Of a DNA stretch of 64,000 nucleotides, positions 1 to 13,085 are shown piece by piece; positions within the stretch are counted from its first letter, which is position 1, and each line of letters opens with the position of its first letter. Origin of the DNA: Carcharhinus longimanus (Eukaryota); assembly GCA_030264375.1 (NCBI GenBank), contig JASCQW010000098.1, positions 46,505,109-46,569,108 of the forward strand, given 5' to 3'. A program made the translations under genes and the position numbers. The notes beneath the pieces are model-generated. The model had not been told where the DNA came from. It searched no databases and saw only the letters and a list, made by a program, of their open reading frames with translations.

Positions 1-3000
1 TCCTCCTCAACTCCGTTCTAAAACGCCCCCCCTTTATCTTGAGGCTGTGCCCCCTAGTCCTACTGTCTTTTTTGAGCCCCTGAAGCTGTCACTGTCTAAG
101 GAATAGATATTAAAATGCAAAGTGATGGATATTGAAACAATGGCTGCCACAGACAGACTCCCTCAAAACTCCCTGGAAATACCCAATGGATCAAATATAA
201 AAGGCCAAGCTGTATCCACTGCAGAGATTGTAAGAAAAACCTCAGCAGAAGAGTCAGGCTAAAGCTCTCTCTCCCTCTCCTTTTTAGAGCAAGTTATTTG
301 CTGGTTCAGAAGCCAACGTTACTAGAGGTTGACCACCAACCTGAAATCTCATAATAATTACAATACCTTCTACATGTGATCGTATCCACAAAATCAGCTA
401 ACCCAAGTCGGCTGCAACATTTAAAAATCTACGTCTCAAGGACACTTTAACCATATATTCATTTAACATTTTTCAGTGAAATCTCACCTCCTTCTCTCGT
501 GTGTGTTTGTGCATGTGCCTGAATGACTGCAAGAGGCCAAATGCTTGACATTGTCTATTATTCTTCTTCCTTGGGTTTAATGCTTAATAAATTTGCTCTT
601 TCTTTAACTCAAGAAAACCTTGTTTGATTGGCTCTTTATCACTCAAAACATGAATAGTTAAATATATTTGGATTTGGAAAAGGTGAATCCTCGTGAAAAA
701 GAAACTTAAACCTTTTTGTGGTGACTGAAGAGACTGAATAGAGGGGAGCCATTTCACCCGTTCTCACCAGGTCATAATACTACTCATAGGTTCCTTGTGT
801 TTCTTGTTTTTCCAAGTAGTTTCACAAGTTGCTTCTCAAAGCTAAAAATTNNNNNNNNNNNNNNNNNNNNNNNNNNNNNNNNNNNNNNNNNNNNNNNNNN
901 NNNNNNNNNNNNNNNNNNNNNNNNNNNNNNNNNNNNNNNNNNNNNNNNNNCTCAAAGCTAAAAATTGTTTAATTTAAAGCTCAATTTCTCTCTATTTCTC
1001 CTTACCTCAACTTCACCAACCTCCTATCCTATTCAGTGTACGTCTCTCTTCCTTTCCACTGATAATATGGTTACTTACAATTCAAATGTTCACCTTATGA
1101 GACACTGTTTTAAACAGTAAAATGCCATTTAATTCAGGGCAAGAATTTTTCTTTTCCTGTTGAGGGGGGTGAGCTAGCAGGAACATGGAAAGGATTTTGC
1201 CACAGACCTAGTGAAACTCTGAGTGTTTGTACATATCATGCTGAGGAATGACGTCTGGAGAACAGAACATTTTCCATTTCTTCAGGACAGTGTTTAGAAT
1301 GTCCAGACCAGAAAATCATGGCCATATGCCAGTACATTTTTTTAAACAAAAGTTGTAACACATCAATCCCAGCATCAGAACGTGTTCCAATCAGCTGGCT
1401 ATTGTCTTTCCAGACACAGCCACACAATATTCCAAAAATAACAAATTTAGTGCCTAAATTAGGGATTTGTTTTTCAAACATTGTGAGCTCATGTTCTCTG
1501 ATATCTCAGTAATAAATAAAAATACTCCAGATCTTAGATCCACCTTTATAAATGGGCACACATCCTGTGTTGCTTTTAATGTGAGTCTTTTCACAGAATT
1601 CACTGCAGTGACTTGATTTATAAAGTTATATACTTCTTTTGGATTGACTTTTGTTCTCTAATCTCCAAACATTATTATTTGAGCAGACATGTCTATTGTG
1701 GTGATGCCACTGCAGAAATGGGCATTCCAGGACTCTGGCCACAGTTATGTTGTGGTTAAATTATGCTGAGCATCAGAAACGATGTAGATGCAAGCAGGCT
1801 ATTTGTGGGCACAGAATTAACTTGACTCAACTAAGCTAGCGATGAGGTGGATATGATTAATAGCTCCTTTACTGAACTATTAGAAAGCCAATAAATAATT
1901 CCATTACTGAGCAATTAGAAAACTGTCAGACTGAGAAAGGGATCTGCAACTGCAGAAATTGCTATCATCTGAAATTACTGATTCCCCAAGAAGTTCCCTG
2001 CTATAAAAACAGATAGAGCAATATTGTCCAGGCAGGATTTAACAGTGAAGGTGTGAGGATTGGTAAAAGTACTGAATGCGAATGGGTTAGTATACATGTG
2101 AGTAGATAAGACACAGTGAAAAAATGGGTTTTGTGAGGTGAGAAGTCAATTCTTATTCTAATTCCATACAGTGTCGGGTATAATTACGTTTAAACACATT
2201 TCGACAGGTACATGGATTGGAAAGGTTTAGAGGCATAAGGGCAGGCAATGGAACTGGATTAGTAGAGGAAACCTGGACAAATTGGGCCGAAGGGCCTGTT
2301 TCCGTGCTGTATATCTCCATGATTCTAAATGACGAGAGAGATTTACATTCTACTTCATTGCCATGTGATTCTGAGCACTAAATGATTAAAATGACTAAAT
2401 GAAAAAAATCAGACATTAATAATCTTAGTACTAGTTCAAATGATTACCTTTCGGCTAGTATACAAAATTTGTTATTTTTGCAAAGAGAGAAAAAAAAAAT
2501 CACATTTAAGCAAACATTCCTCTTCTTTGATATTCTTCACATATCATTTCAAATTGTTTATATCATTATCATCACCAGTGACAGCTTTGCGACCATTCTA
2601 ATGTTGTACAAGGGTAAATTCAACAAATGCGACCTCAGTAGGGAGCCATACTTGAAAGGATTGTGAGTCAAAGCATTGGCACACCAATGTTATCTTTGAT
2701 CCACGCTACTTGTGAACACAGTATCCACTAGGAATGCAATGAATCTGGCACATGGTTTTGAATATTTTTCGGCAGACACAGCACAAATGTGAAAGGGTAA
2801 CATCTACAAGTGCATGCTGGCAATTTAATGGACAAATTGCATCAGGAGCACAGCCCTGAAACATGCTCCTGATGGGCAAAATCAGCATCAATATTTCATA
2901 CATCCATGATTATGCATTTCCAAAATCCTAATGCTAGTATAACAAAATAATTCTAGAGTACAACAATTTATACACACTGTAGAATACCTAATTTACTATT

Positions 3001-3056
3001 GTTTATCAATTCCTTCTAATTAGCATTTTTTTAAACAAAAGGAAAGTATTTGTTAC

Positions 3057-3984
3057 CTGCTGGACCCATATTCTGGTGGTGACTGATATCGTAGGATTGT
3101 TGCTTCTTGTCTAATTGCCAGAGTTCCAGGATATGGTTTAATCAAGTCCTGAGGATTTGCAGAGTTTGGTTCATTGTAAAAATGCCCAAATTCATGATGC
3201 TGATTAAGTGTTGGCAACATTTGTTTGATTTTAAAAGGGTATTCTGGGGGAGGGCCTCTTGGGTCAACTCCCTTTGTCGGGGTCTGAGCAGATGGTTGTC
3301 CCCCGTCCTTGAAGGCTTTGTTGGTTTGTTGGGAAGGGAGATTGTTGTTTGAGGCAGGAGGATGTGACTTTACCCCATTCCTTTCCAGAGAAAGTTGCAT
3401 TAGACGCTCACTAAGCGAACGAACGTGACCTTGTTTAAGTTCTTTTAGTGCCTCATCTTTGTGTACCTGCCCAGAGCTTACTCGGTTAAGCGTAGGTCTC
3501 CCCTCTGTTCTTGTTTTTTGATTAGTGACCCCTGCAACGTAGAGACCTGGGCCAACAGATGCTTGTTGCTGCCCTCTGAAAAACTGAGATTGTGCTTTGG
3601 CTTCTTCATAGGTTGGCAGTTCTTCAATATTCTGCTCAGCTAGAGTGACCCGTGCCTGCTTCTCCATCACACTGTTGTCCACCTGATGCTCTTGCCCTTG
3701 AGGTTCTTGGCGTGCTGACTGATGGACCATTTGCGGATCTTCCTGCGTGAGGTTCTCTGTGGAAGAGTGTGTGCTCCCGGTGCTGTTGGTTGGCCCTGTG
3801 CTCCCTGTGGCTTGCTGCTGTATTGCCAGCAAGTTCATGTTCTCATTTGGGTTTCCATATCTTAAATGCTCCTGGATTAAGCGCTGCAAAACTGTTCCCG
3901 TTGCTACTTCCTCTGAACCTCTCATTTCAAATTTTGGAGTCCCAATGAGGTTCTGAGGAGTGTGGCTGAGAAGTAACTCTTCAC
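3057..3984 (-). CDS. AMOTL1: Angiomotin-like 1, large N-terminal coding exon (partial gene; downstream exons not found in 1-3056)
   Basis: ORF 3053-3925 (MRGSEEVATGTVLQRLIQEHLRYG...ENLTQEDPQMV...RQEPQGQEHQVD...EELPTYEEAKAQSQFFRGQQ...HVRSLSERLMQLSLERNG...DPRGPPPEYPFK...PPEYG) closely matches recalled human AMOTL1. Acceptor ttgttttctag| precedes 3984 and donor AG|gtaac follows 3057. The frame is open for 19 codons plus 2 nt upstream of the Met, as in the human exon. Confidence 0.96.
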
Positions 3985-4261
3985 CTAGAAAACAAGAAGT
4001 TTGTGAAGATTTAAGTATTATTTAACTTAGAAAGTGCATATATTATTAGCATTTATTTAAATACTAAACTTATTGATATGGACTTTGATGTGTACATGCC
4101 TGGGAAAAATATATTATTTAGTTGCTAAATACAGAGGCATACTGCATTAAGATCTTTTTAACATTTCATGTAGAATTTAACTTGCAGCTGATGTAGCTCT
4201 GAAAAAAAACATTAAAAGTTGCAAAATATCAACTTTGGTTTAATGGCAGCACTCTTACTAA

Positions 4262-4565
4262 GGGTGGCATGGTGGCACAGTGGTTAGCACTGTTGCCTCT
4301 CAGCTCCAGGAACTTGGGTTCAATTCCAGCCTCAGGTGACTGAGTGAAGTTTGCACTTCCCCCTGTGTTTGCATGGGTTTCCTCCAGGTGCTCTGGTTTC
4401 CTCCCACAGTCCAAAGATGTGTAAGTAGGTTGGTTAGCCATGATAAAATGTGTGGGGTTACGGAGGTTGGGGAGCAGGGTTGAGCCTGGGTAAGATGTTC
4501 TTTCAGACAGCTGGTGCAAATCTGAAGAGCCAATAGCTTCCTTTTGTACCGTAGGGGTTCTATGG
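4262..4565 (+). mobile_element. HE1-type tRNA-derived V-SINE, CR1-like tail
   Basis: A box tggcacagtgg, B box ggttcaattcc, V-domain gggtttcctccaggtgctctggtttcctcccacagtccaaagatgt, tail ...gtaggggttctatg. Confidence 0.85.
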
Positions 4566-4694
4566 CACAAAAAACTCACTCTCTCAGCACCACATTGTCA
4601 GAGATGCTGTCTATCCATACCACTGTTTGAAGACAAAACATAGAAGTGCCTTGCCTACCGTTTTTCCCTTAATTGACATCACTTAAGTGGCCTA

Positions 4695-4857
4695 CCTGGT
4701 CATTAACCTCATTGCTGTTTGTGGAACTTAGCTGTGCATACTTTGGCCATCATAATTCCCTTCACTATCAATGTAATTGCATTTAAAAAATACAGTACTT
4801 CATTGACTGTGAATTGCTTTGTTCAGCACAGGTGCCACAACAATGCAAGCTCTTTCC
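4695..4857 (+). mobile_element. DeuSINE 3' portion
   Basis: attgctgtttgtgga.cttagctgtgca...agtacttcattgactgtgaattgctttg...aatgcaag. Similar minus-strand copies at ~26865-27050, ~41045-41330 and ~54850-55075. Confidence 0.55.
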
Positions 4858-5184
4858 AGTGATGTCTAGAGGAAATGTAAACCTGTTCTGCATTGTTTCC
4901 TTTGGAATGTAATGCTAAATAAAGCATTGGAAACTTATTTCAAGTTCTCAAGACAATTTTGCTGAGTTCTTGAATAAATACTTTAATATGAAAATATGCC
5001 CATTCTATTATTTTGCATAAATAAACTCAAGTGTAAAAAATAAATCACAGCCCTTGCAAATTAGTAGTGGTTTAGTTTGAACTCGATTTCATACTCTGAA
5101 TCACTCACGGATAGGAATATTTCTTGCAGATCTCCCCTGATGGCAACCAGTTTACAGTTAAAGTCTAATTCTCATGTGTTGAGT

Positions 5185-6170
5185 TCCTATAACAAGAAAT
5201 ATAACACTATGTTCAAAAACTTTCTGATTGCTATTTTTTAATGGAATTTCTGAACCAAAACAGATGGCTGCTACAAGTCGCATGACCACAGGGTTGGCAC
5301 AAAATTATTCCTCGCTCAGCCAATGGAATTTCACACCTCACTGTACAGACCCCTTGCAATCAACCTAAACCAGAACTATCACAAAAGAGAAAGATCAAAA
5401 TTTATTATACTGAAAGGGACATTAGTAACTACCTGGTCTCGCTCCTAAGGAGGAACAATGGAATTCTGGCCAGAAGGACAGAAACAGATCATAAAACTGC
5501 AATCAACCATTAATGCAACATGTCACATAACCCAAACCTCAGGCCTTTTTGGACGGTCATAACATTACATCTTTATGCCTCACATGTTGTCTGTTGTTTA
5601 ATATTCAACTGGCGAACCCTGACAAGAAGATGAACATCAGGTAAAACAAAAGCCTGCTCCACTGGAAGACTTCCTACCATCACCTGCAAAGCTGACTCGG
5701 TCTCTTTGTACCTAATTCGTCTGCAGTATCAGCACCAAATATAAAGCAAACTCTATAACTCCTATCTTGAGCCAGATGAACTTGAAGTCCTACGTGAAAT
5801 AATTCCTCCTTAGGCGCTGGAAGCCATGTGAACTAAGTTCCATTTCTCTGGTTCTTGTACTGTTCCTATCCATAGTTGGAAAAGCCTTTTTTTCTATCCC
5901 CACTTCTCTGCCCCCCACCCCCCGCCACCTTTATTGTGTCTGTTTAGTGGAGCGGTAAGTTGTAAACACTCCTCTCCTAGGTTTTTAAAAATGTGGAATA
6001 AACTCATCTCTGAGTTAATAATAATCTGAGTTTGCTGTGCATTATTAGTTAATTGTATCTCACAAACTAAGGATTTGGGCTACATTCAAAATTCAAAACA
6101 CCTTCTGCGAATGAACAATTGGGGAGAGCAAATAAGTACAACTTGCTTGTCTCTTCCCTGTCCATAATAC
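5185..6170 (+). mobile_element. Possible solo LTR
   Basis: ~1 kb with degenerate TG..CA-like ends (tataacaag / ccataata) and an internal AATAAA. Organisation resembles ~60-778, which ends gtcataata. Confidence 0.3.
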
Positions 6171-9100
6171 TAGCAGTGAAAATTTAAAAAGTTACCTTCT
6201 TCAGTTGCATCAACTTCTTCTGTACTTAATGGGAAATGCTTATGATATAATTCATGCTCTCCATATAATTCTTGTTCATACAGATATTCACTTTGTTCTA
6301 ATAGGCAGAATGGAATACCTGAGTAACATTCATCTTGGGAATCTGAAAATCAGACACAAAATGTTATGAAGCAACAGTCTTATTCTCCATATCTACTGTT
6401 AATAGTTTTAGACTTCCATATCTACTGAGCTACTGTTATATGTTAAAAAACCTTGACTTTAACATGCATCCAATCTCATTNNNNNNNNNNNNNNNNNNCG
6501 GGGGGGGGGGGAGTAAACCCAGTTTACTGGGACATTAGGCGGATGCGCAATGGCCCCCTGAGCACTCTGTTGCTGACCTCTCTGCCGGGTTTAGGCTCAC
6601 CATTCCGGCCCCATTTGCGTGAATCTCTTGACAATCTTTGCATTGCACAGAGTACAGTAAATGACACTCCGCTCACTGAAAAAACGTGCAGGAAATCTTT
6701 TAGAAATATTGCCCTCAACATCTTTTATGAATGTCATTGAATTGTAGTTCATTTAATAGTTTTTTAACATCTTGATTACATTTTGGGATGTTTCTATAAA
6801 AAGATTTGAGAAAAATGTGAGTTGCATTTAGGAATGCATTTAAAAGCATCATATATTCAAATTGATTTTTATGAAGGCATTTGCAACAAATGAGATAGGC
6901 TTTGATTTTTTCCCCCTCAAATATTATAAACAAACAATAAGCAAACTGTCAGTCTGTCTCAATAATTGGTCAACACCTCACATCCATGACCAAGATTTTT
7001 TAAAGTTGGGGGTGGAGGGAGCTCTCAGCGTTCTCCATCATTATCCATCTAAATCGGATCACGCACATAAGTGTGGAAATCCTAAAGCTGATATCTGTCA
7101 TTCAGTGCTCACCCTGAGGCTGTGCTGTGCAACTTCCTCCACCATCTACCATCTCCTCATTCCCCCACACAAACCAGCAATCACTGAAAGCGGTGAGGCT
7201 CCCATTTCATTGTTAGAAACCCTATGAAAAATTATTCCTTGTTCAATCTGGTGCAACTGGGTTCTAAAAACAACACGGGTAATAAAATTTGAAGAGAACT
7301 GGTCCCAAAAAATAATTTTATAATTCTGGGACGCTGTTGAAATGATTTGATTTTTTACACTACATTTTTAAATAATTAATCTAACAAAAAAGGTTTTTCA
7401 GAATATTTTGGCTTCTACCATTATTCCATGTGCATATCCTAATCTTTAATTGGGTTTACGTTAACATATTTTAAAATGTATTTTAATTTACCGTTTTTTG
7501 TTCCCTGATTGGACAACTGTTAAAAATGCTTTAAAAAGTGGTTGGCTACTTGGGCAGACTTATGATATCACTCCAGCTGCACATGGAGAGCCCCAGTAAA
7601 GAGCACTCTAATAAAAGTTGGAGGAGCACTACATGGAAAATGATGTTAAATTCTCATAGCGATCCACAAACTCCAGGCCACTGTGTTGGGAAATTTCTAG
7701 TGTCAGGCAATGAGCAAGAGTTGCCTCACAAAGATACAACTCAGAGGTAGTATTATACAAAACAGCTAAGGGACAAACCTATACTGGGCGCCGAAGGAGA
7801 ATGTGGAGATAGTTTGGAGCTATTAAGAAAAGTGACAGACTGACATGAAGAAATATAGCATATATTGCATACTACATTATTACAGAATCACAGAATTGTT
7901 ACAGCTCAGAAGGGGGCAATTCAGCCCATCACGACTGTGCCAGAACTCAGGAACTTAGCAAGTCCAGTCCAACCCAACCAAACTGCTGCTCTGTACATTT
8001 ACTTGTTGTGAAACAAAACAGCTTAATGATTTATATCTGGCTGCATTTTATCAAACATTTTCCTGGTTCACCTTCAAAAAATAAATTGAAGACGTACAAA
8101 TCAGAGCACAGGAAAGTCATAAATATCCAGATCAGATCATAATGCAATACTATTGTTCTATAGTTAGCTGCTGAAAAGCAGTAATGCCCACAAACTATTC
8201 AAATCTAAAGAAGTTGATCTTGCACTAACAATGTTAGAGCTCAGACAGAACGTGAAGCAGAGCGATTTCCAATTAGAAGGGTGAGAGCGTGATGAAGGCA
8301 GGTAACAAAATGAGATTGAGAGTGACAAAATAGAATAATAAAGCCGATTGTACAAATGTTGTGAATCAGAGGCTGAACAGCATCTCAGTGCTTTGGAACT
8401 GGCAGGGAAATTAATTATTACCAACATGTCCGCTTATTCACTGAACTTGGGGGCTCACCATTTCAGTAAATCAAATCTCATAACAAATTTTAAAAGAGGG
8501 AAGTGACATTAATGGTTTTATCTGAGCATTTCAATCACAAGGCATTCACAATAAATGGGACAAAGCAAATAATTAATGACCTAGCAACACTGATAAGCAG
8601 AAAGTCATTTGGTTTTCTTGATTCAATCCTCCTGATAGCATAGTTGGTGATACTGTAAAGTATGCCACACTTGAGAATTATTATTTCATGTCTGAAGTGT
8701 ACAAACAGAAATTCAAGAAAGGAATCCTCTCAGCATTTATAGAGAATTGGTTATCCAGTTTGAAGACATGTGGGAGATGTAGGCGGAAAGCAAAAGTGTT
8801 AACAGATTATGAAAGCCTTTAATGCTAAGGAACAGATGTCTAAAACAAAGCATTTCATTTCAGGAGTGTAAAAGTCTTGAGAAGAAAAGTGTGTGTGTTG
8901 CTCATTTTACAGCCACATAAGATACACTAAATTCAGATAATTTGTTGTGCAGATTCTGAGATTTGCCCTTCTAAGATCCATTTTAACTTCACACTTTTAC
9001 TTCTGAGGCTCCATTTAATTATATGTTTAACACAGCATGTCATACATGTTCTGTATATATCTGTAACTCTGGGTTATCACATTTTTACCTAAATATAAAG

Positions 9101-10045
9101 CACACATCCATTTGTGTGCACATTACTGTAAAAGAGTCACAAGACTAACATATGGCACAAAATTACAACCAACATAGTTGCCTGCAATTAGCTCCTTTGG
9201 AACAGTAACCACACTGCATATGTAATTTACACAACTCAACTGGGAATATGATAGTTGCCTTGATATTTAGGAGAATTTCAAATAGGTGTGTTTCTGGAAA
9301 AGTCTTCAACTTAAAGTGCCATGTTATCCACTTGTCTGATGCAAATCAAACCCTCCTCCTCCATCGTCTCTGCTAGCAGTTTTCGTAATTTATCTCATTT
9401 TTCACAAAGCATTTCAATACAAGGGTTGATGTTATGCTGTGCAAACATCAGTGCTTTAAACACAGCATAATTTGAAGAGTACAATGAGGGTACAAGCATG
9501 GACTAACACAATGACATCAAATCCAAGGAATTATGTTAATATACAAGCTGGCATTTGACATTTGAGGTTAATTCCTCAGATGTATCTGTCAGCACCCATT
9601 TGTCAATTTGGGCTATTTGTCTTAATTTGTTTAAACAATCCTGTTCATAACACTCTAATAGTTAAAAGAATACATTTTTGTTTTGACCGGTTTGTCTCTC
9701 TTTGTTTTTATATTCAGGTTACTGAATACAAAGTTGAACTTATTTCTGAAAACAGATTTGATCCAGAATCAACTGGTAACAACAATCAAGTTAAAGAAGC
9801 TGTTTGCTGAAATTTAAGACTTGGACAGAATATTCAAGTCTGGTACAACTTTATCCATTTAAGTTGTCAACATATTTCCACAAACATCTGCTGAAAGATG
9901 TCACTGGAAAACATAAGCAACATATCATATCTGCATGATCCTGGATCTGCAACTTAAGTAAATGCAGGTTGAAATCATCACTTCAACACATTAGCCGGTC
10001 CAAATCTACTACCCTGGGAATATTGGAAATAATGAAATAATTTAG

Positions 10046-10365
10046 GAGTGGCACAATGGCGCAGTGGTTAACACTGCTGCCTCACAGTGCCAGGAACTCA
10101 GGTTCGATTCCCGACTTGGGTCACTGTCTGTGTGGAGTTTGTACATTCTCCCCACGTCTGTGTGGGTTTCGTCCAGGTGCTCTGGTTTCCTCTCAGTTCA
10201 AAGATGTGCAGGCTAGGTGGATTGGACATGCTAAATTGTCCTTAGTGTCAGGGAAACTAGCTAGGGTAAATGCAGGGAGTAATGGGGATAGGACCTGGGT
10301 GGGATTGTGGTCGGGGCAGACTTGATGGGCTGAATGGCTTCCTTCTGCATTGTAGGATTCTATGA
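10046..10365 (+). mobile_element. HE1-type V-SINE
   Basis: Full head, V-domain and tail ttctgcattgtaggattctatga. Confidence 0.88.
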
Positions 10366-10664
10366 AGAAGACAGCAACAAGAAAGCATTAATAAATTTGC
10401 ACAATGGGCGCATAAATGGCAAATTAACTTTAATTTTGGTAGGAATAATGAGGAGCCAATTACTGCTAGGATAATGTCTAGATGGAATAAAAGAATGAGA
10501 CATTGTCAAAGCACTTTTGTTGGCTGGATCACAGTTTGGNNNNNNNNNNNNNNNNNNNNNNNNNNNNNNNNNNNNNNNNNNNNNNNNNNNNNNNNNNNNN
10601 NNNNNNNNNNNNNNNNNNNNNNNNNNNNNNNNNNNNNNNGTATTTACCTTGTGAATTTACCTTG

Positions 10665-10868
10665 ACATAAGGGGCAATTTAGCACGGCCAATCAACTTAA
10701 CTTGCATACCTTTGGACTGTGGGAGGAAATTGGAGCACCCAGAGGAAACCCACACAGACATGGGGAGAACGTGCAAACTTCATATAGACAGTCGCCCAGA
10801 GCCAGCATTGAACCCGGGTCCCTGGTGCTCTGAGGCAGCAGTGCTAACCACTGTGCCACCGTGCCACC
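10665..10868 (-). mobile_element. V-SINE, partial (next to gap)
   Basis: Reverse complement of the SINE head and V-domain. Confidence 0.8.
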
Positions 10869-11134
10869 CAATTTGTGATGTGAACATGATCAACTTTCCC
10901 CTTACAAAGGATGGCCAAGTTGTTGACTGCGTGTTATTTCTTAAAATTCAAAACACAATTGCTGGAACCCTACCACCTCAGAATCGGAGCGGGCAGGGGT
11001 CCAGCAACAAAAATCTCCGTGGACCTCGGGCGGGAATTTCCAGTCTCGCCCAAGCAAGGCCGTAAAATCCTGCCCAATGAACGCCTGCAATGAATGTACT
11101 ATTCCTATTCTCTATTCACTGCTTTAATTTATTG

Positions 11135-11330
11135 ACCCGGGTGACTGACTGTGTGGAGTTTGTATGTTCTCCCCATCTCTGCGTGGGTTTCCTCCGGGTG
11201 CTCCGGTTTCCTCCCACGGCCCAAAGATATGCAAGTTAGATTGACTGGCCATGCCAAATTGCCCCTTAATGCCAGGGTAAATTAGCAGGGTAAATACATG
11301 GGATTACGGGGACGATGGATGGGATTGTTG
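11135..11330 (+). mobile_element. V-SINE, truncated
   Basis: V-domain gggtttcctccgggtgctccggtttcctccca present. Confidence 0.8.
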
Positions 11331-12059
11331 CATTTGAATTTAAAAGCTAGCTTAGAGAAAACCTGCGGTGGGGCTGCTTACTTTATGGAAAATGGCACAG
11401 ATCCAGTTTCTACCTTAGATGAAGTTCAATGATTACAAGTTCACTTACAAGCATTTTGTAGGAGAATTACAAGCATTTTAAACAGAGGGGCAATTAAACA
11501 GACCAAGCTTCCACACTATCACACAATTATATAGACATTGCGAAGTGAAAATGTAACATTGGAACGAGCTCTAACATATGGAGCTGCTGTTAGGGTTTGA
11601 CACTCCCTTGCTGGAAGGATAACAAAGCTCATGCTTGCACTGATGTTTCAGAAATAGCATAATCTACATTGCAAGCCTACCAACTGTTTTTCCAATTCCC
11701 CCTTCTTCAGTAGGTACTTACACTAATCCCCTGGGATAACTAGCTTCAGATTTCTAACAGATAGATCTGGCAGAATATCCACTAGGCAGATTAAAAAACA
11801 ATTACCTTCAAGCATTCAAAATGATATGTTTACATGCTGTACTCACACCAAACTGACCTAAATCAAAAGTTTCTCTGAATTCCCTGTTTAAAAAGACACT
11901 TTTTGTAGTCTGCTATATATAAGCTGCAGTTAGGTACTGCAATGTTAATTATAATTTCTGACTCCCACTTCCCGAGTGACTTGCTCGGCTATTTCAGAGG
12001 GTAGTTAAGAGCCAAGCATGTTAGCCAGGAGTCATTTATAGGCTAGAAAATGTAAGGTC

Positions 12060-12440
12060 TACTTCACTTCAAACCAGCCTCCCATCCATTGACATGCACT
12101 TCCTGCTGCTTCGGCAAAGCGGCCAGCATAATTCAGGACCCCACGCACCCCGGGCATTCTCTCTTCCACCTTCTTCCTTTGGGAAGAAGATACAAAAAGT
12201 CTGACGTCATGTAGCGACAGACTCAAGAATAGCTTCTTCCCTGCTGCCATCAGACTAATGAATGGACCTACCTTGCATTAAGTTGATCTTTCTCTACACC
12301 CTAGTTACGTGTGTAACACTACATTCTGCACTCTCTCATTTCCTTTTCTATGAACGGTATGCTTTGAAAAGTATTGTTTCTTGCACACTATACAGACAAT
12401 GTATACCAATTCATGTGACAATAATAAATCAATTCAAAAA
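12060..12440 (+). mobile_element. Rex1/Babar LINE 3' end
   Basis: Translates (with a frameshift) to KAASIIQDPTHPGHSLFHLLP.GRRYK...RLKNSFFPAAIRLMN, the typical Rex1 ORF C-terminus. Tail catgtgacaataataaatcaa. Confidence 0.75.
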
Positions 12441-12444
12441 AGGT

Positions 12445-13085
12445 TAATTTGCAGAAGGATAGCACTGAAAAGCAGACAAGTCTGTCAAAATGGTTAAAGC
12501 CTTGCCTGGATCACATTTTGAGCGTACGGTGTTAAGTTCTGATTGCTGTCGTATAAAATCAATATTTGAAACAGGTGCAAAAAAGATTCACAAGGATTAG
12601 GGAAGGCAAAAAGGCTGCGGATTTTTCCTCTAAAGGGAAGCTGAGTAATGCTGATCTGATGGAGGTCTCTAATTATGAAAGGTATGGTGGGTAGTTGTAG
12701 ATAAAATGGTTTTACTCGTAAAGAGTCCAAAACGAGAGGTCATACACATAAGGTAGTCATGAATATGTCCAACAGAGGACTCGGAAGGAACTTGTTTATC
12801 TAAGGGGTGGTAAGAATGTGAAACAAACTGCCGCACGAGTAGCTGAAGTAAATAACATTTGAGGAAAAGCTAGTTCAGCATGAGGGAGAAGAGACAGAAG
12901 GGTGTGCTGATACAGTTAGATGAAGAAGGGCGAGAGGAAGCTAGTGTGGAAGATAAGTGCAGGCATAGGTCAGTTGGGTTGGATGGTGGAATTAAGGACA
13001 ATCAGATCAGCTGTAATTTTATTGAACAGTGGAGCAGACCTGTGGGGCTGAAATGCCTACTCCTGCTCCTATTCCTTATGTTCTT
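12445..13085 (+). mobile_element. CR1 LINE 3' fragment(s), old
   Basis: Degenerate CR1 3' coding region and tail gggctgaaatgcctactcctgctcctatt. Confidence 0.6.

Noticed and set aside
835-966. Direct repeats flanking 100-N gaps (also 24241-24560 and 27071-27230)
   Set aside because: Near-identical sequence either side of fixed-size gaps indicates overlapping contig ends, an assembly artefact.
4229-4579. Recurrent DCGRKPEHPEETH-type ORFs across the window
   Set aside because: Antisense translations of the V-SINE core, not a protein family.
10046-10120. tRNA genes suggested by A and B boxes
   Set aside because: All are SINE heads continuing into the V-domain.
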